From: an uncultured Sphingomonas sp.
GTDB lineage: Bacteria; Pseudomonadota; Alphaproteobacteria; Sphingomonadales; Sphingomonadaceae
NCBI RefSeq assembly: GCF_902806285.1
Contig: NZ_CADCWA010000057.1
Span: forward strand, 11,079-75,078
DNA length: 64,000 bases
Direction: 5' to 3'
Part shown: positions 26,698 to 35,136 of the stretch, piece by piece
Layout of the letters: each line of letters opens with the position of its first letter
Position numbering within the stretch: position 1 is the stretch's first letter
Program-made: the position numbers and the translations under genes
The notes under the pieces: generated by a model
Seen by the model: the letters and a program-made list of their open reading frames with translations, nothing else
Database searches by the model: none
What the model was told of the DNA's origin: nothing

Positions 26698-28079
26698 CCC
26701 AGCGCCCCGACCAGTTCCCCCGCGAACTCGCTCAAGGTGTCGTCGCGGGCGCCTAGGATGGCGATGGTGTCGCCGGGCCGCGCGTCGGCCAGGAGGCGCT
26801 CGCCGATGTCCGGACGGGCGGGGATGTGCTCGGCTTTGCCTCCCGCGCCGCGGACCGCCTCGGCCAGCCAGTCGGACCCGCGCGAGCGATCCACCGTGCC
26901 GCCCTGGTAGACCGGATCGCTGAGATACAGCCGATCGTCGGGCCGCAGGCCGCCGGCGAAGGTCGCGGCCAGCTCCTCGCCCATCTTGGCGAGCGGGCCG
27001 TAGCCATGCGGCTGAAACATCAGCAGCAGCCGGCCGGGTTGCGCCGTCAAGGTGGCGAGGGTCGCGGCGATCTTGTCGGGATTGTGCGCGAAGTCGTCGA
27101 TCACGGTGACGCCGCCCACAGTGCCGACCGTCTCCAGCCGGCGCTTCAAGCCGGCAAAGCGACCGATCGCGGCGGCGGCTTCGGCCAGCGGTACCCCCAG
27201 CGCACGGACGGCGGCCAGCGCGGCGAGCGCGTTGGAAGCGTTGTGCCGGCCGGGAACTTGCAGCTGGACGTGGTGGCGCTCCTCGCCCGCGTAGACGGTG
27301 AAGCGCGCTCCGCCCGGTTCCAGCTGGAGGTTGCGGGCGGAGATCGCGGCGCCCGGGCTGTCGAAGCCGTAGCCGACCAGCTTGGCGGCGGGCAGGTCCT
27401 CGCCGAGCAGGCGGGTTTCGGGATCGTCGAGGTTGAGCACCGCCTTGCGGCTCGCGCCGAGAAAGCCGCCGAACAGGGCGCGGAGCTCGGCCATCTCCTT
27501 GTGGTCGAGGCTGACGTTGGTGAGCACCGCCACCTCCGGCCGGTAGAGCGCGATGGAACCGTCGCTCTCGTCGACTTCGCTGACGAACAGCTCGGGGTCG
27601 CCGACCAGCGCGCTGGCGAAGGGCGCTTCCGCCGAGAGGAAGTTCTTCATCACCGCGCCGTTCATCACCGTCGGCTGGCGGTGGCAGGCGTGGAGGATCC
27701 AGCCGATCATGCCGGTAACGGTGGACTTGCCCGACGTGCCGCCGACGGCGACGCTGCGGCTGGCGGCGTTGAGCAGCTGGGCGAGCAGCTGCGGGCGGGT
27801 GAGATGGGGCAGGCCGAGCTCGCGGGCGCGAACCACGTCGGGTATGGTCGCTTCCACCGCGGCCGAGGTAACCAGGGTCATGCCCGCGGCGACCCCGCTG
27901 CCGTCCTGGCGGTGAAGGTCGATGCCGAGCGAGCGCAGAAAATCGAACTTGGGCGCGAGCCGGCCGGCGTCGAGCGCCCGGTCGGAGCCGGCGACCCGCT
28001 CGCCACGCGCCCGGACGATGCAGGCCAGCGGGAGCATGCCGCTACCGCCGATGCCGCAGAAGAAGCTGGATTGAGTCAT
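26667..28079 (-). CDS. Mur ligase family protein (MurC/Mpl-like)
   Basis: CGIGGSGM, VGGTSGKSTVT, EVDESDG, LDH, HNASNALAA, RRLE, DDFAHNP, FQPH. Confidence 0.88.
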   Translation of the reverse strand: MTQSSFFCGIGGSGMLPLACIVRARGERVAGSDRALDAGRLAPKFDFLRSLGIDLHRQDGSGVAAGMTLVTSAAVEATIPDVVRARELGLPHLTRPQLLAQLLNAASRSVAVGGTSGKSTVTGMIGWILHACHRQPTVMNGAVMKNFLSAEAPFASALVGDPELFVSEVDESDGSIALYRPEVAVLTNVSLDHKEMAELRALFGGFLGASRKAVLNLDDPETRLLGEDLPAAKLVGYGFDSPGAAISARNLQLEPGGARFTVYAGEERHHVQLQVPGRHNASNALAALAAVRALGVPLAEAAAAIGRFAGLKRRLETVGTVGGVTVIDDFAHNPDKIAATLATLTAQPGRLLLMFQPHGYGPLAKMGEELAATFAGGLRPDDRLYLSDPVYQGGTVDRSRGSDWLAEAVRGAGGKAEHIPARPDIGERLLADARPGDTIAILGARDDTLSEFAGELVGALGSAPAKAGAQ

Positions 28080-28126
28080 CGCCGCCGCCCTATTGCGTTC
28101 GGAAGCGGTCGGCAAATGGGGCAAGC

Positions 28127-28930
28127 ATGCGGATAGCGGTGGTGGCGCCAAGCTGCCCATTGAAGCGCGAGGCCGCGGAAGCGGTGCTGGCGCTCGCCGG
28201 GGCGCGGGGCGACTGCGAGCTCCTGATCCATCCGCAGTGCTTCTCGAGCGACGGGCATTTCGCCGGGCCGGACGCGGAGCGGCTGGCAGCATTGCAGGAG
28301 GTGATGGCGGACCCGGTGGTGGAGGCCGTATGGTTCGCGCGCGGCGGCTACGGCTCCAACCGGATCGCGGCGGCGGCGACGGCGAAGCTGCCGGTCGCGG
28401 TGCGCGACAAGCTCTTTCTTGGCTACAGCGACGGCGGGTTCCTGCTGGCGGCGCTGCACAGGGCCGGGTGCCGGGTCGCGCATGGGCCGATGCCGCAGGA
28501 TATCGCGCGCGACGGCGGGGAAGCGGCGGTTGGGCGGGCGCTCGACTGGCTGGTGCGGGGCGATGCGGCGGCGGTCGAGGCTGGGGTGACCGGCCCGGCG
28601 TTCGCGTTCAACCTGACGGTGCTGTCCTGCCTGCTCGGCACCGGGCTGGAGCCGGACTTCGCTGGCCGCGAGCTGCTGGTGGAGGAACTGGACGAGCAGC
28701 ACTACCGCATCGACCGGCTGATGTTCCACCTGACCGGCGCGGCGGCGGTGCGGGGGTGCCGCGGGATCCGGCTCGGGCGCTGCTATGTGCCGGAGAACGA
28801 CCGGCCGTTCGGCAGCGACGAGGAGGCGATCGTGCGGGACTGGTGCGGGCGGTCGGGCATCCCCTTTCTGGGCCGCGCCGACATCGGCCACGACGCGGCC
28901 AACAAGGTCGTCCCGTTCTCGGCGCGTTAA
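28127..28930 (+). CDS. ldcA: LD-carboxypeptidase (peptidase S66)
   Basis: IAVVAPS, FAGPDAER, ARGGYGSNR, GYSD, EE, IGH. Confidence 0.88.
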   Translation: MRIAVVAPSCPLKREAAEAVLALAGARGDCELLIHPQCFSSDGHFAGPDAERLAALQEVMADPVVEAVWFARGGYGSNRIAAAATAKLPVAVRDKLFLGYSDGGFLLAALHRAGCRVAHGPMPQDIARDGGEAAVGRALDWLVRGDAAAVEAGVTGPAFAFNLTVLSCLLGTGLEPDFAGRELLVEELDEQHYRIDRLMFHLTGAAAVRGCRGIRLGRCYVPENDRPFGSDEEAIVRDWCGRSGIPFLGRADIGHDAANKVVPFSAR

Positions 28931-29010
28931 GCATCTTCCCCGAGAGCGAAGCCATTGCAAAGCCCGCTGAGTTGCGCTCTACCAAGCGCCGGAACAAACA
29001 GGAGGGCCTC

Positions 29011-29289
29011 ATGGCAAAAGCAGCATCGAGCGGGACTGGGCGCAAGGCAGGGGGCGGTCTCGCGCGACCCGTGACTCCATCCTCGGACCTGGCGGCGATC
29101 GTCGGCAAGGAGCCGCTGCCGCGCAGCGAGGTGGTGTCCAAGGTGTGGGATCACATTCGCAAGAACAACCTGCAGAACCCTCAGAACAAGCGGGAAATCG
29201 TCGCGGACGACAAGCTGAAGAAGGTCTTCGGCCAGGACCGCTGCACCATGTTCGAGATGAACAAGCACCTGTCCAAGCATCTTTCGTAA
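29011..29289 (+). CDS. Stand-alone SWIB/MDM2 domain protein
   Basis: LAAIVG..PLPRSEVVSKVWDHIRKNNLQNPQNKREI.ADDKLKKVFG, MFEMNK; AGGAGG RBS. Confidence 0.93.
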   Translation: MAKAASSGTGRKAGGGLARPVTPSSDLAAIVGKEPLPRSEVVSKVWDHIRKNNLQNPQNKREIVADDKLKKVFGQDRCTMFEMNKHLSKHLS

Positions 29290-29324
29290 GCGTCGCCCCA
29301 AGGGCTGAAGCCAAGCGGAACGCC

Positions 29325-29362
29325 AAAGGGGACTCGCCGGGCCGGCGGGTCCCCTTTCGTTC
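29325..29362. terminator. Bidirectional terminator-like hairpin
   Basis: AAAGGGGACTCGCCGG..CCGGCGGGTCCCCTTT between convergent genes. Confidence 0.65.
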
Positions 29363-29384
29363 GGGCGCTAGGGAGCGAGTCGCC

Positions 29385-30107
29385 TCAGCGGCAGGCGCGC
29401 CAGCCGGCGGGGCCACGGTCCGCCGTGTCGAGGTGCAGGTGGTCGCGGTGCGCCGCGTTGTAGTCGGGCGACAGAACGGTGGTGAACAGCCGGCAGGCGC
29501 CGTCGCGGACTTCGCGGAGAAAGGCCGTCTCGTCGGCGCTTCCGCGCCAGTCGCGCAGCACGGACACCGTGCGGCCGTCGGCCAGGCGGAAACCGAGGAT
29601 GTCGACGGCGTCCGCGGTGGCGTGCTCGCTCCACGGGCCGGTGGCCCGGCCGTAGAGCCGGCGGCAGCTGAAGCTCCCCGCATGCTGCACGGCGGCGACC
29701 GCCGACCCGAAATGACGGCGGGCGGCGGGCTGGACAACTCGCTCGTCCCACAACAGCAGTGCGCTTGCGACCGGACAGCTGGTGACGAGGCCCGGCGGGC
29801 TGAAGGCCGCGATGCGGGCCGTGCCCGCCCCCAAGCGCATGCCGTCCCCATAGCCGCACTCGCTTCCGGCCCTGCGCGGCGGCGCGGGCCGATCCGGGCT
29901 GCCGGCGTCGCTCAGCAGCGCCCGGCATTGCGCGGGGGCGGAGCCGAGTGCGGCGAGCTTGACGGCGGTGAAGCGGCCGACCGGATGGGCGAGGTCGAGC
30001 GTCGTCCAGGGCAAGTCCTGCGGGTGCCGGTCGAACCAGGCGCGAAGCTCGATAACGGCCACGGCAAGCAGGCTGAGCAGAATGAACCAAAGGACGGCGC
30101 GCCGCAT
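29385..30107 (-). CDS. Extensin-like family protein
   Basis: PQDLPWT.L, GSFSCR, SEHATADAVDI.GF, LSPDYNAAHRDHLHLD. Confidence 0.9.
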   Translation of the reverse strand: MRRAVLWFILLSLLAVAVIELRAWFDRHPQDLPWTTLDLAHPVGRFTAVKLAALGSAPAQCRALLSDAGSPDRPAPPRRAGSECGYGDGMRLGAGTARIAAFSPPGLVTSCPVASALLLWDERVVQPAARRHFGSAVAAVQHAGSFSCRRLYGRATGPWSEHATADAVDILGFRLADGRTVSVLRDWRGSADETAFLREVRDGACRLFTTVLSPDYNAAHRDHLHLDTADRGPAGWRACR

Positions 30108-30134
30108 GCTCCGCCCAACGCGGCGGCCTTCTGG

Positions 30135-30866
30135 TCAGGCCCGGACGGCGCTCGTCAGCCGTTCGCGCGTGACCGGGTAGCCGAGGTGATCAGGGATGCG
30201 CAGCCACTGCTCGCCGTCCACTTCCTCGACCCACGGGCTGATCGTCTCGACCGGGTGCGCCAGGGCGTCGGCGCGGGCCTCGGCGAAGGAGCCGAAGCGG
30301 GCGAGCCGTTCCAGGTTGCGGACGGTCGGAAAGATGGCGCTGGCCCGGCCCGCGGTGATCCGCTCGAGCACGGCGGGGGCGCTCACCCATTCGGCCGCGT
30401 CGCACTCGCCGGGCTGCGGGCGGAGCGGCCAGTTCCCCCCGGGCGCTTGGGCGATGAAGAACAAGGTGTCGAAGCGCCGGGGCTGGCGGAAGGTCGGGCG
30501 CCAGCGCGCGAAGGGCGTCAGTGCCGAGAGCTCGAGCCCTAGGCCGTGCCGCTCCAGCAAGGCCGCGAAGCTCGTTCCGGCATGTAGCGCGTCCTGCACC
30601 TGCGCCGCATCGGCCGGTGCCGGGGCGAGGCCGACCGGACAGCCGGTCTCCTCCAGCGTTTCGCGGATCGCGGCTACCTTGCCCGCGTCGAGCGGGTCCG
30701 AAGCGAGCGCCCCGTCGCCCGCGTCGATCCGCCCGCCGGGAAACACCATCGCCCCGCCCGCGAACGCCATGCCGCGGGAACGGGTGACCATCAGCAGTTC
30801 GGGCGGCCCCGCCGGAGCGTCGCGCATGACGACCAGGGTGGCGGCGGGGATCGCATCGTCGCTCAT
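30135..30866 (-). CDS. NUDIX hydrolase
   Basis: PAATLVVMRD, AFAGGAMVFPGG, AAIRETLEETG, RRFDTLFF. Confidence 0.88.
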   Translation of the reverse strand: MSDDAIPAATLVVMRDAPAGPPELLMVTRSRGMAFAGGAMVFPGGRIDAGDGALASDPLDAGKVAAIRETLEETGCPVGLAPAPADAAQVQDALHAGTSFAALLERHGLGLELSALTPFARWRPTFRQPRRFDTLFFIAQAPGGNWPLRPQPGECDAAEWVSAPAVLERITAGRASAIFPTVRNLERLARFGSFAEARADALAHPVETISPWVEEVDGEQWLRIPDHLGYPVTRERLTSAVRA

Positions 30867-30893
30867 CGGGGCCGACCTAGGCACGCGGCCGCC

Positions 30894-30932
30894 AAAGAAA
30901 AAGGCCGGCCTCCGCTGGGGAGACCGGCCCTT
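30894..30932 (-). terminator. Intrinsic terminator
   Basis: Minus strand GGCCGGTCTCC..GGAGGCCGGCC-TTTTTCTTT. Confidence 0.75.
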
Positions 30933-30961
30933 GGCACTGCCAATGGTGGCAGCGTGCCTGA

Positions 30962-31249
30962 TTACATGGCGTTGACGGCCGCGTTGGCTTCGACCGGGTT
31001 GGCCGCGTTGACGTCGGCGTCGTCGATCGCCTCTTCCTTGCGCTCGCCCTCGGTTTCCAGCGCGTCGGCCTGGTTCTCCAGGGTCGCGGCGGTTGTGCCG
31101 GACGTGTTGGCCGCCTGGGCCTCGAGGTTCTCGGACGCCGCCTCGTAGTTCTCCTGCACGTTCTCGCCGAGCGAGTCGTCGCCCGAGCCGCCACAAGCCG
31201 CAAGCGCCAGCGATGCCGCGCCAACCAGCGCGAAACTGATCTTCTTCAT
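30962..31249 (-). CDS. Small acidic lipoprotein
   Basis: MKK...LALAAC lipobox; Asn/Ala/Glu-rich. Confidence 0.8.
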   Translation of the reverse strand: MKKISFALVGAASLALAACGGSGDDSLGENVQENYEAASENLEAQAANTSGTTAATLENQADALETEGERKEEAIDDADVNAANPVEANAAVNAM

Positions 31250-31395
31250 GAGTGCTTTCCCCTAAGGTTTTTTTGTACAGCGAACGCAATATATCCGCGT
31301 AGCGGGCCAGAACGCCACCCCTTTCGGTTCGGTTGCGTCACGTGCGCGGATTCCCATGTCCTTGAGACTCGGCGCGGAAGGGACTAGATAGGGTT

Positions 31396-31765
31396 CGCCG
31401 GGCAACCGGCTATGCTGGTAGAGTGCGGGTTGGAATAGGCATCTCGGACCCGGGGGGCAGTACCCCGGCGCCTCCACCAGCAGCGGCGCGTTCGGGCGTG
31501 AGCGGGGGCTTGCGGCGCGCCGTTGCTGATGGGGGCGAAACAGGATCGACGGGTGCAATAAAGGATCTGTTGCCAGCCGGTATGAGCACACCGTTGAAGG
31601 CTCATTCACACAAGTGCCAACGATAACGAGGCTCTTGCGATTGCTGCGTAACCCGGTCCTCACGGATTAGGTTACATCAGACAAAAGCGCGGTCGGACCC
31701 CACCGGGCAACAGAAGGGGAATCCAGCGGCACGGGAGGCGCCGGGCAACAGAAGCCTCCCACCTT
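31396..31765 (+). ncRNA. ssrA: Two-piece (circularly permuted) tmRNA
   Basis: Acceptor piece ends GGCAGTACCCCGGCGCCTCCACCA (31479); coding piece starts GGGGGCGAAACAGGATCGAC (31531) with a G3.U pair; tag ANDNEALAIAA* at 31616-31651; outer ends approximate. Confidence 0.93.
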
Positions 31766-31854
31766 TCCCTGTCCTGAGCGCGTTGCTGATTGAAAGCCGG
31801 CGGTGTGCCATCTACGTAAGGCACCGCTGGTTCGTTCTACAGGGGAAACGACGC

Positions 31855-32451
31855 ATGACCGCACTCCGCCGCCTCGGCCTTCTCGCGCCGCTTGCCGCCG
31901 TCAGCCTTGCGGGGTGCGGACTCAACTCCGTTCCGACGGCGGAGGAGAACGTCAACGCGAAATGGGCCAACGTCCAGAACCAGTATCAGCGCCGCTCGGA
32001 CCTGTACGGCAACCTGGTGGAAACGGTGCGCGCCGCCGCCAACCAGGAGCGCACGGTGCTGCGCGAGGTGACGGAGGCTCGCTCGCGCGCGAACTCGGTC
32101 CAGCTGACGCCCGACCAGCTGTCCGACCCGCAGGCGATCCAGCGCTACGCCGACGCCCAGGCGCGGCTGTCGGCGCCCTTGGTGTTCCGCCAATTGCAGG
32201 AAGCCTATCCGCAGCTCCAGACCAACGCCAATTTCCGCGACCTCCAGTCGCAGATCGAGGGCACGGAGAACCGCATCGCCATCTCGCGCCAGGATTATAA
32301 CGAGGCGGTGCAGGGGTATAACACGACGATCCGCACCTTCCCCGACGCGATCGGCGCGCGGATCATTCATGGGGCCAAGCCCAAGGTGCCGTTCCAGGCG
32401 GTTACGCCCGGCGCCGAGACGGCGCCGCGGATCGACTTCAACGCGAGCTGA
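31855..32451 (+). CDS. lemA: LemA family protein
   Basis: WANVQNQYQRRSDL..NLVETV, EAYPQL.TNANF..LQ.QIEGTENRI. Confidence 0.92.
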   Translation: MTALRRLGLLAPLAAVSLAGCGLNSVPTAEENVNAKWANVQNQYQRRSDLYGNLVETVRAAANQERTVLREVTEARSRANSVQLTPDQLSDPQAIQRYADAQARLSAPLVFRQLQEAYPQLQTNANFRDLQSQIEGTENRIAISRQDYNEAVQGYNTTIRTFPDAIGARIIHGAKPKVPFQAVTPGAETAPRIDFNAS

Positions 32452-32458
32452 GGAGCGA

Positions 32459-32992
32459 GTGCTCCGGCTGATCCTTGCGGCGCTGGCGCTTGCGACTGCG
32501 GCTTGCGACGCGCAGGCGTCCGGGTCTGCCGATGGGCATCGGGCTAAGCTGCTCTCCGGTTTGCCTGCGCTTACCGGTCGCGTTGTCGACCGGGCGGATT
32601 TGCTCAGCGTGGAGGGGGAGGCGAGGCTTACAGCCAAGCTTGCGGCGCTCGAAGCGCGCAGAACCGACCAGCTGGTGGTGGTCACATTACCCTCACTCGA
32701 GGGTCGCACCATCGAGCAGGTAGGGCTGGGCCTCGGGCGTGGCTGGGGTATCGGCCAGAAGGACAAAGATAATGGTGTGCTGCTGATCGTTGCTCCCAAT
32801 GAACGGCACGTGCGCATTGAAGTGGGGTACGGCCTGGAGCGAACCATCGAGGACCATGAGGCATCACGGATGATCGCGGAGGTCCTCATACCGGCATTCG
32901 AGGTTGGCGCATACGAGCGCGGCATCCTTGCGGGCGCAGATACAATCATCGCGGAACTCGATCGATCGCCGCTAGTGAAGGCGAAAAGATGA
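32459..32992 (+). CDS. TPM domain lipoprotein (extra copy)
   Basis: LTGRVVDRADLLS, WGIGQKDKDNGVLLIVAPNER.VRIEVGYGLE; LATAAC lipobox. Confidence 0.82.
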   Translation: MLRLILAALALATAACDAQASGSADGHRAKLLSGLPALTGRVVDRADLLSVEGEARLTAKLAALEARRTDQLVVVTLPSLEGRTIEQVGLGLGRGWGIGQKDKDNGVLLIVAPNERHVRIEVGYGLERTIEDHEASRMIAEVLIPAFEVGAYERGILAGADTIIAELDRSPLVKAKR

Positions 32993-33798
32993 TCCGTTGG
33001 GTTCTGACCCTTGTCCTGATCTGCCTGGCGCTGCCCGCACAGGCGCAGGATTTTCCCAAGCTGACCGGCCGGGTGGTGGATGGGGCCAACCTGCTGTCGC
33101 CCGCCGACGAGGCGGAGCTGACGGGGGAGCTGCAGAACCTGGAGCAAAGGTCGAGCCGCCAGCTGGTGGTGGCGACGGTGCCCTCGCTCGGCGGGTACGA
33201 GATCGAGGATTATGGTTATCGGCTCGGGCGGGCGTGGGGGATCGGACAGAAGGAAGCCGACAACGGCGCCATCCTGCTGGTTGCGCCCAACGAGCGCAAG
33301 GTGCGGGTGGAGGTCGGCTCCGGGCTCGAGCCGATCCTGACCGACGCCTTATCCAACCGGGTGATCGACGAGGTGATCATTCCGCGGTTCAAGGCCGGGG
33401 ACTATCCGGGCGGCATCAAGGCGGGCGTGGACAGCTTGATGACCCAGCTGCAGGCGCCGCCGGAGGTGGCTGAGCGGGCGGCGCTGGAGGCGGCGCAGGC
33501 GCGGGCGCAGCGCGGGTCGCAGCGGAGCAACGGCGGCCCCGGCCTGGGTGCGATCCTGTTCTGGGGGCTCATCATCCTGTTCGTGATCCTGCCGCTGGTC
33601 CGCGGATTGGGCGGGGGACGCAAGTATCGGGGTCGGCGGCGGCGCGGCTGGGGCGGGCCGGTGATCATCTGGGGGCCGGGCTTCGGCGGTGGCGGCGGCG
33701 GGTTCGGTGGAGGAAGCTTCGGCGGCGGCGGCGGGTTCGGCGGCTTCTCCGGCGGTGGTGGAGGCTTCGGCGGCGGGGGCGCGTCGGGGTCGTGGTGA
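32989..33798 (+). CDS. TPM domain protein with Gly-rich tail (YgcG-like)
   Basis: LTGRVVDGANLL, WGIGQKEADNG, terminal FGGGGASGSW. Confidence 0.92.
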   Translation: MIRWVLTLVLICLALPAQAQDFPKLTGRVVDGANLLSPADEAELTGELQNLEQRSSRQLVVATVPSLGGYEIEDYGYRLGRAWGIGQKEADNGAILLVAPNERKVRVEVGSGLEPILTDALSNRVIDEVIIPRFKAGDYPGGIKAGVDSLMTQLQAPPEVAERAALEAAQARAQRGSQRSNGGPGLGAILFWGLIILFVILPLVRGLGGGRKYRGRRRRGWGGPVIIWGPGFGGGGGGFGGGSFGGGGGFGGFSGGGGGFGGGGASGSW

Positions 33799-34472
33799 GA
33801 GTGGCGATCAGCGACGAGGATCACGCCCGAGTCAGCCGGGCGATCGCCGAGGCGGAGGCCAGAAGCGACGGCGAGATCGTCACCATGGTGAGCGAGCTGT
33901 CCGACCAGTACCACGATGTGGGATTGCACTGGGCGGTGGCGGCGCTGATCGCCGTGCTGGCCTGGGCGGCGGCGTTTCCGCGGGCGCTCGAGAACATCTG
34001 GCATGGGCTGTTTGGTGGCTGGGGCAGCACGCCGAGCCTGGGTGCGCTGCTGTTCTTTCTCATGTTTGTCGCGGTGTTGGTGTTCACCATGGTGCTGCTG
34101 GCGCTGCGCTTCATGCCGCTGCGGCTCGCGCTGACGCCGGGCGCGACCAAGACGCGGCGGGTGCGGCGGCGCGGGGTGGCGCTGTTCAAGGCCGCGGCCG
34201 AGCGGCGCACGGTGGGGCGGACGGGCATCCTCATCTACCTGTCGACGGGCGAGCACCGGGCGGAGATCGTCGCGGACGAAGCGATCGTGCAGGTGACCAC
34301 GCCCGACACCTGGGGCGAAGCGATGGCGGCGCTGATCGCCGAAGTCGGTGAAGGGCGGACGGCCGAAGGGATGGTCGCCGCGATCGGCATCGTCGGCGAG
34401 GTGCTCAGCCGGCACTTCCCGCGCTCGGCGACCGACACCAACGAGATCCCCGACAAGCTGATCGAACTTTGA
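33792..34472 (+). CDS. TPM domain membrane protein
   Basis: AIAEAEARSDGEIV, RTGILIYLS..EHRAEIVAD, NEIPD. Confidence 0.88.
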   Translation: MVRVAISDEDHARVSRAIAEAEARSDGEIVTMVSELSDQYHDVGLHWAVAALIAVLAWAAAFPRALENIWHGLFGGWGSTPSLGALLFFLMFVAVLVFTMVLLALRFMPLRLALTPGATKTRRVRRRGVALFKAAAERRTVGRTGILIYLSTGEHRAEIVADEAIVQVTTPDTWGEAMAALIAEVGEGRTAEGMVAAIGIVGEVLSRHFPRSATDTNEIPDKLIEL

Positions 34473-35014
34473 GCCGCGATCCCGACTTCGACGCGCCGGA
34501 GGAGGTGCGCTGGCAGGGGCGGTTCGTCCGCGCCGTGACCCGCGGCAAGTGGGAGTATGCCGGCCGGGTCGGCGGCGTGCGCGCCGTGGTGATCCTGGCC
34601 GAGTATGAGGGCCGGTACGTCCTGGTCGAGCAGCACCGGGCGCCGGTCGGAGGGCGCTGCCTGGAGTTGCCGGCGGGGCTGGTCGGCGATCACGATCCCA
34701 GCGCCACGATCGAGGACACGGCCGTTCGCGAACTGGAGGAAGAGGCCGGCTTCACCGCGGAGCGGATCGAGCAGCTGGGCGACTTCCATGCCTCGCCCGG
34801 CATGCTGTCGGAAAGCTTCACCCTGGTGCGGGCGCACGGGGTCCGCCGCGTAGGGGAAGGCGGGGGCGTCGCGGGCGAGGAGGAAATCGAGGTCCACCTG
34901 GTGCCCAGGGCCGAGATCGGCGAGTTCGTCGCGACGCGGCGCGCGGCCGGCACGGCGATGGACGTCAAGCTGCTGCTCTTGCTAGCGCCCGGCTGGCTGC
35001 ATAAATCATCTTGA
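34469..35014 (+). CDS. NUDIX hydrolase (ADP-ribose pyrophosphatase-like)
   Basis: LELPAGLVGD...AVRELEEEAG, ASPGM. Confidence 0.9.
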   Translation: MSRDPDFDAPEEVRWQGRFVRAVTRGKWEYAGRVGGVRAVVILAEYEGRYVLVEQHRAPVGGRCLELPAGLVGDHDPSATIEDTAVRELEEEAGFTAERIEQLGDFHASPGMLSESFTLVRAHGVRRVGEGGGVAGEEEIEVHLVPRAEIGEFVATRRAAGTAMDVKLLLLLAPGWLHKSS

Positions 35015-35136
35015 GTTCAGGCACTTAGGCTATTGCTGCGCGGGTAACCACCGCTCGTCGGTTCGTCGAAGCCGTGCTTGCAGGCTCCTGCGGTGAGCGG
35101 CACAGGACGAGGACAGAAGGGGCTCAAGAAGGCGAC

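Noticed and set aside
31440-31800. tmRNA as an integration site for an island or prophage
   Set aside because: No integrase and no duplicated tmRNA 3' end were seen in the window
33680-33790. GGC-rich tandem repeats
   Set aside because: They encode the normal Gly-rich tail of TPM/YgcG proteins
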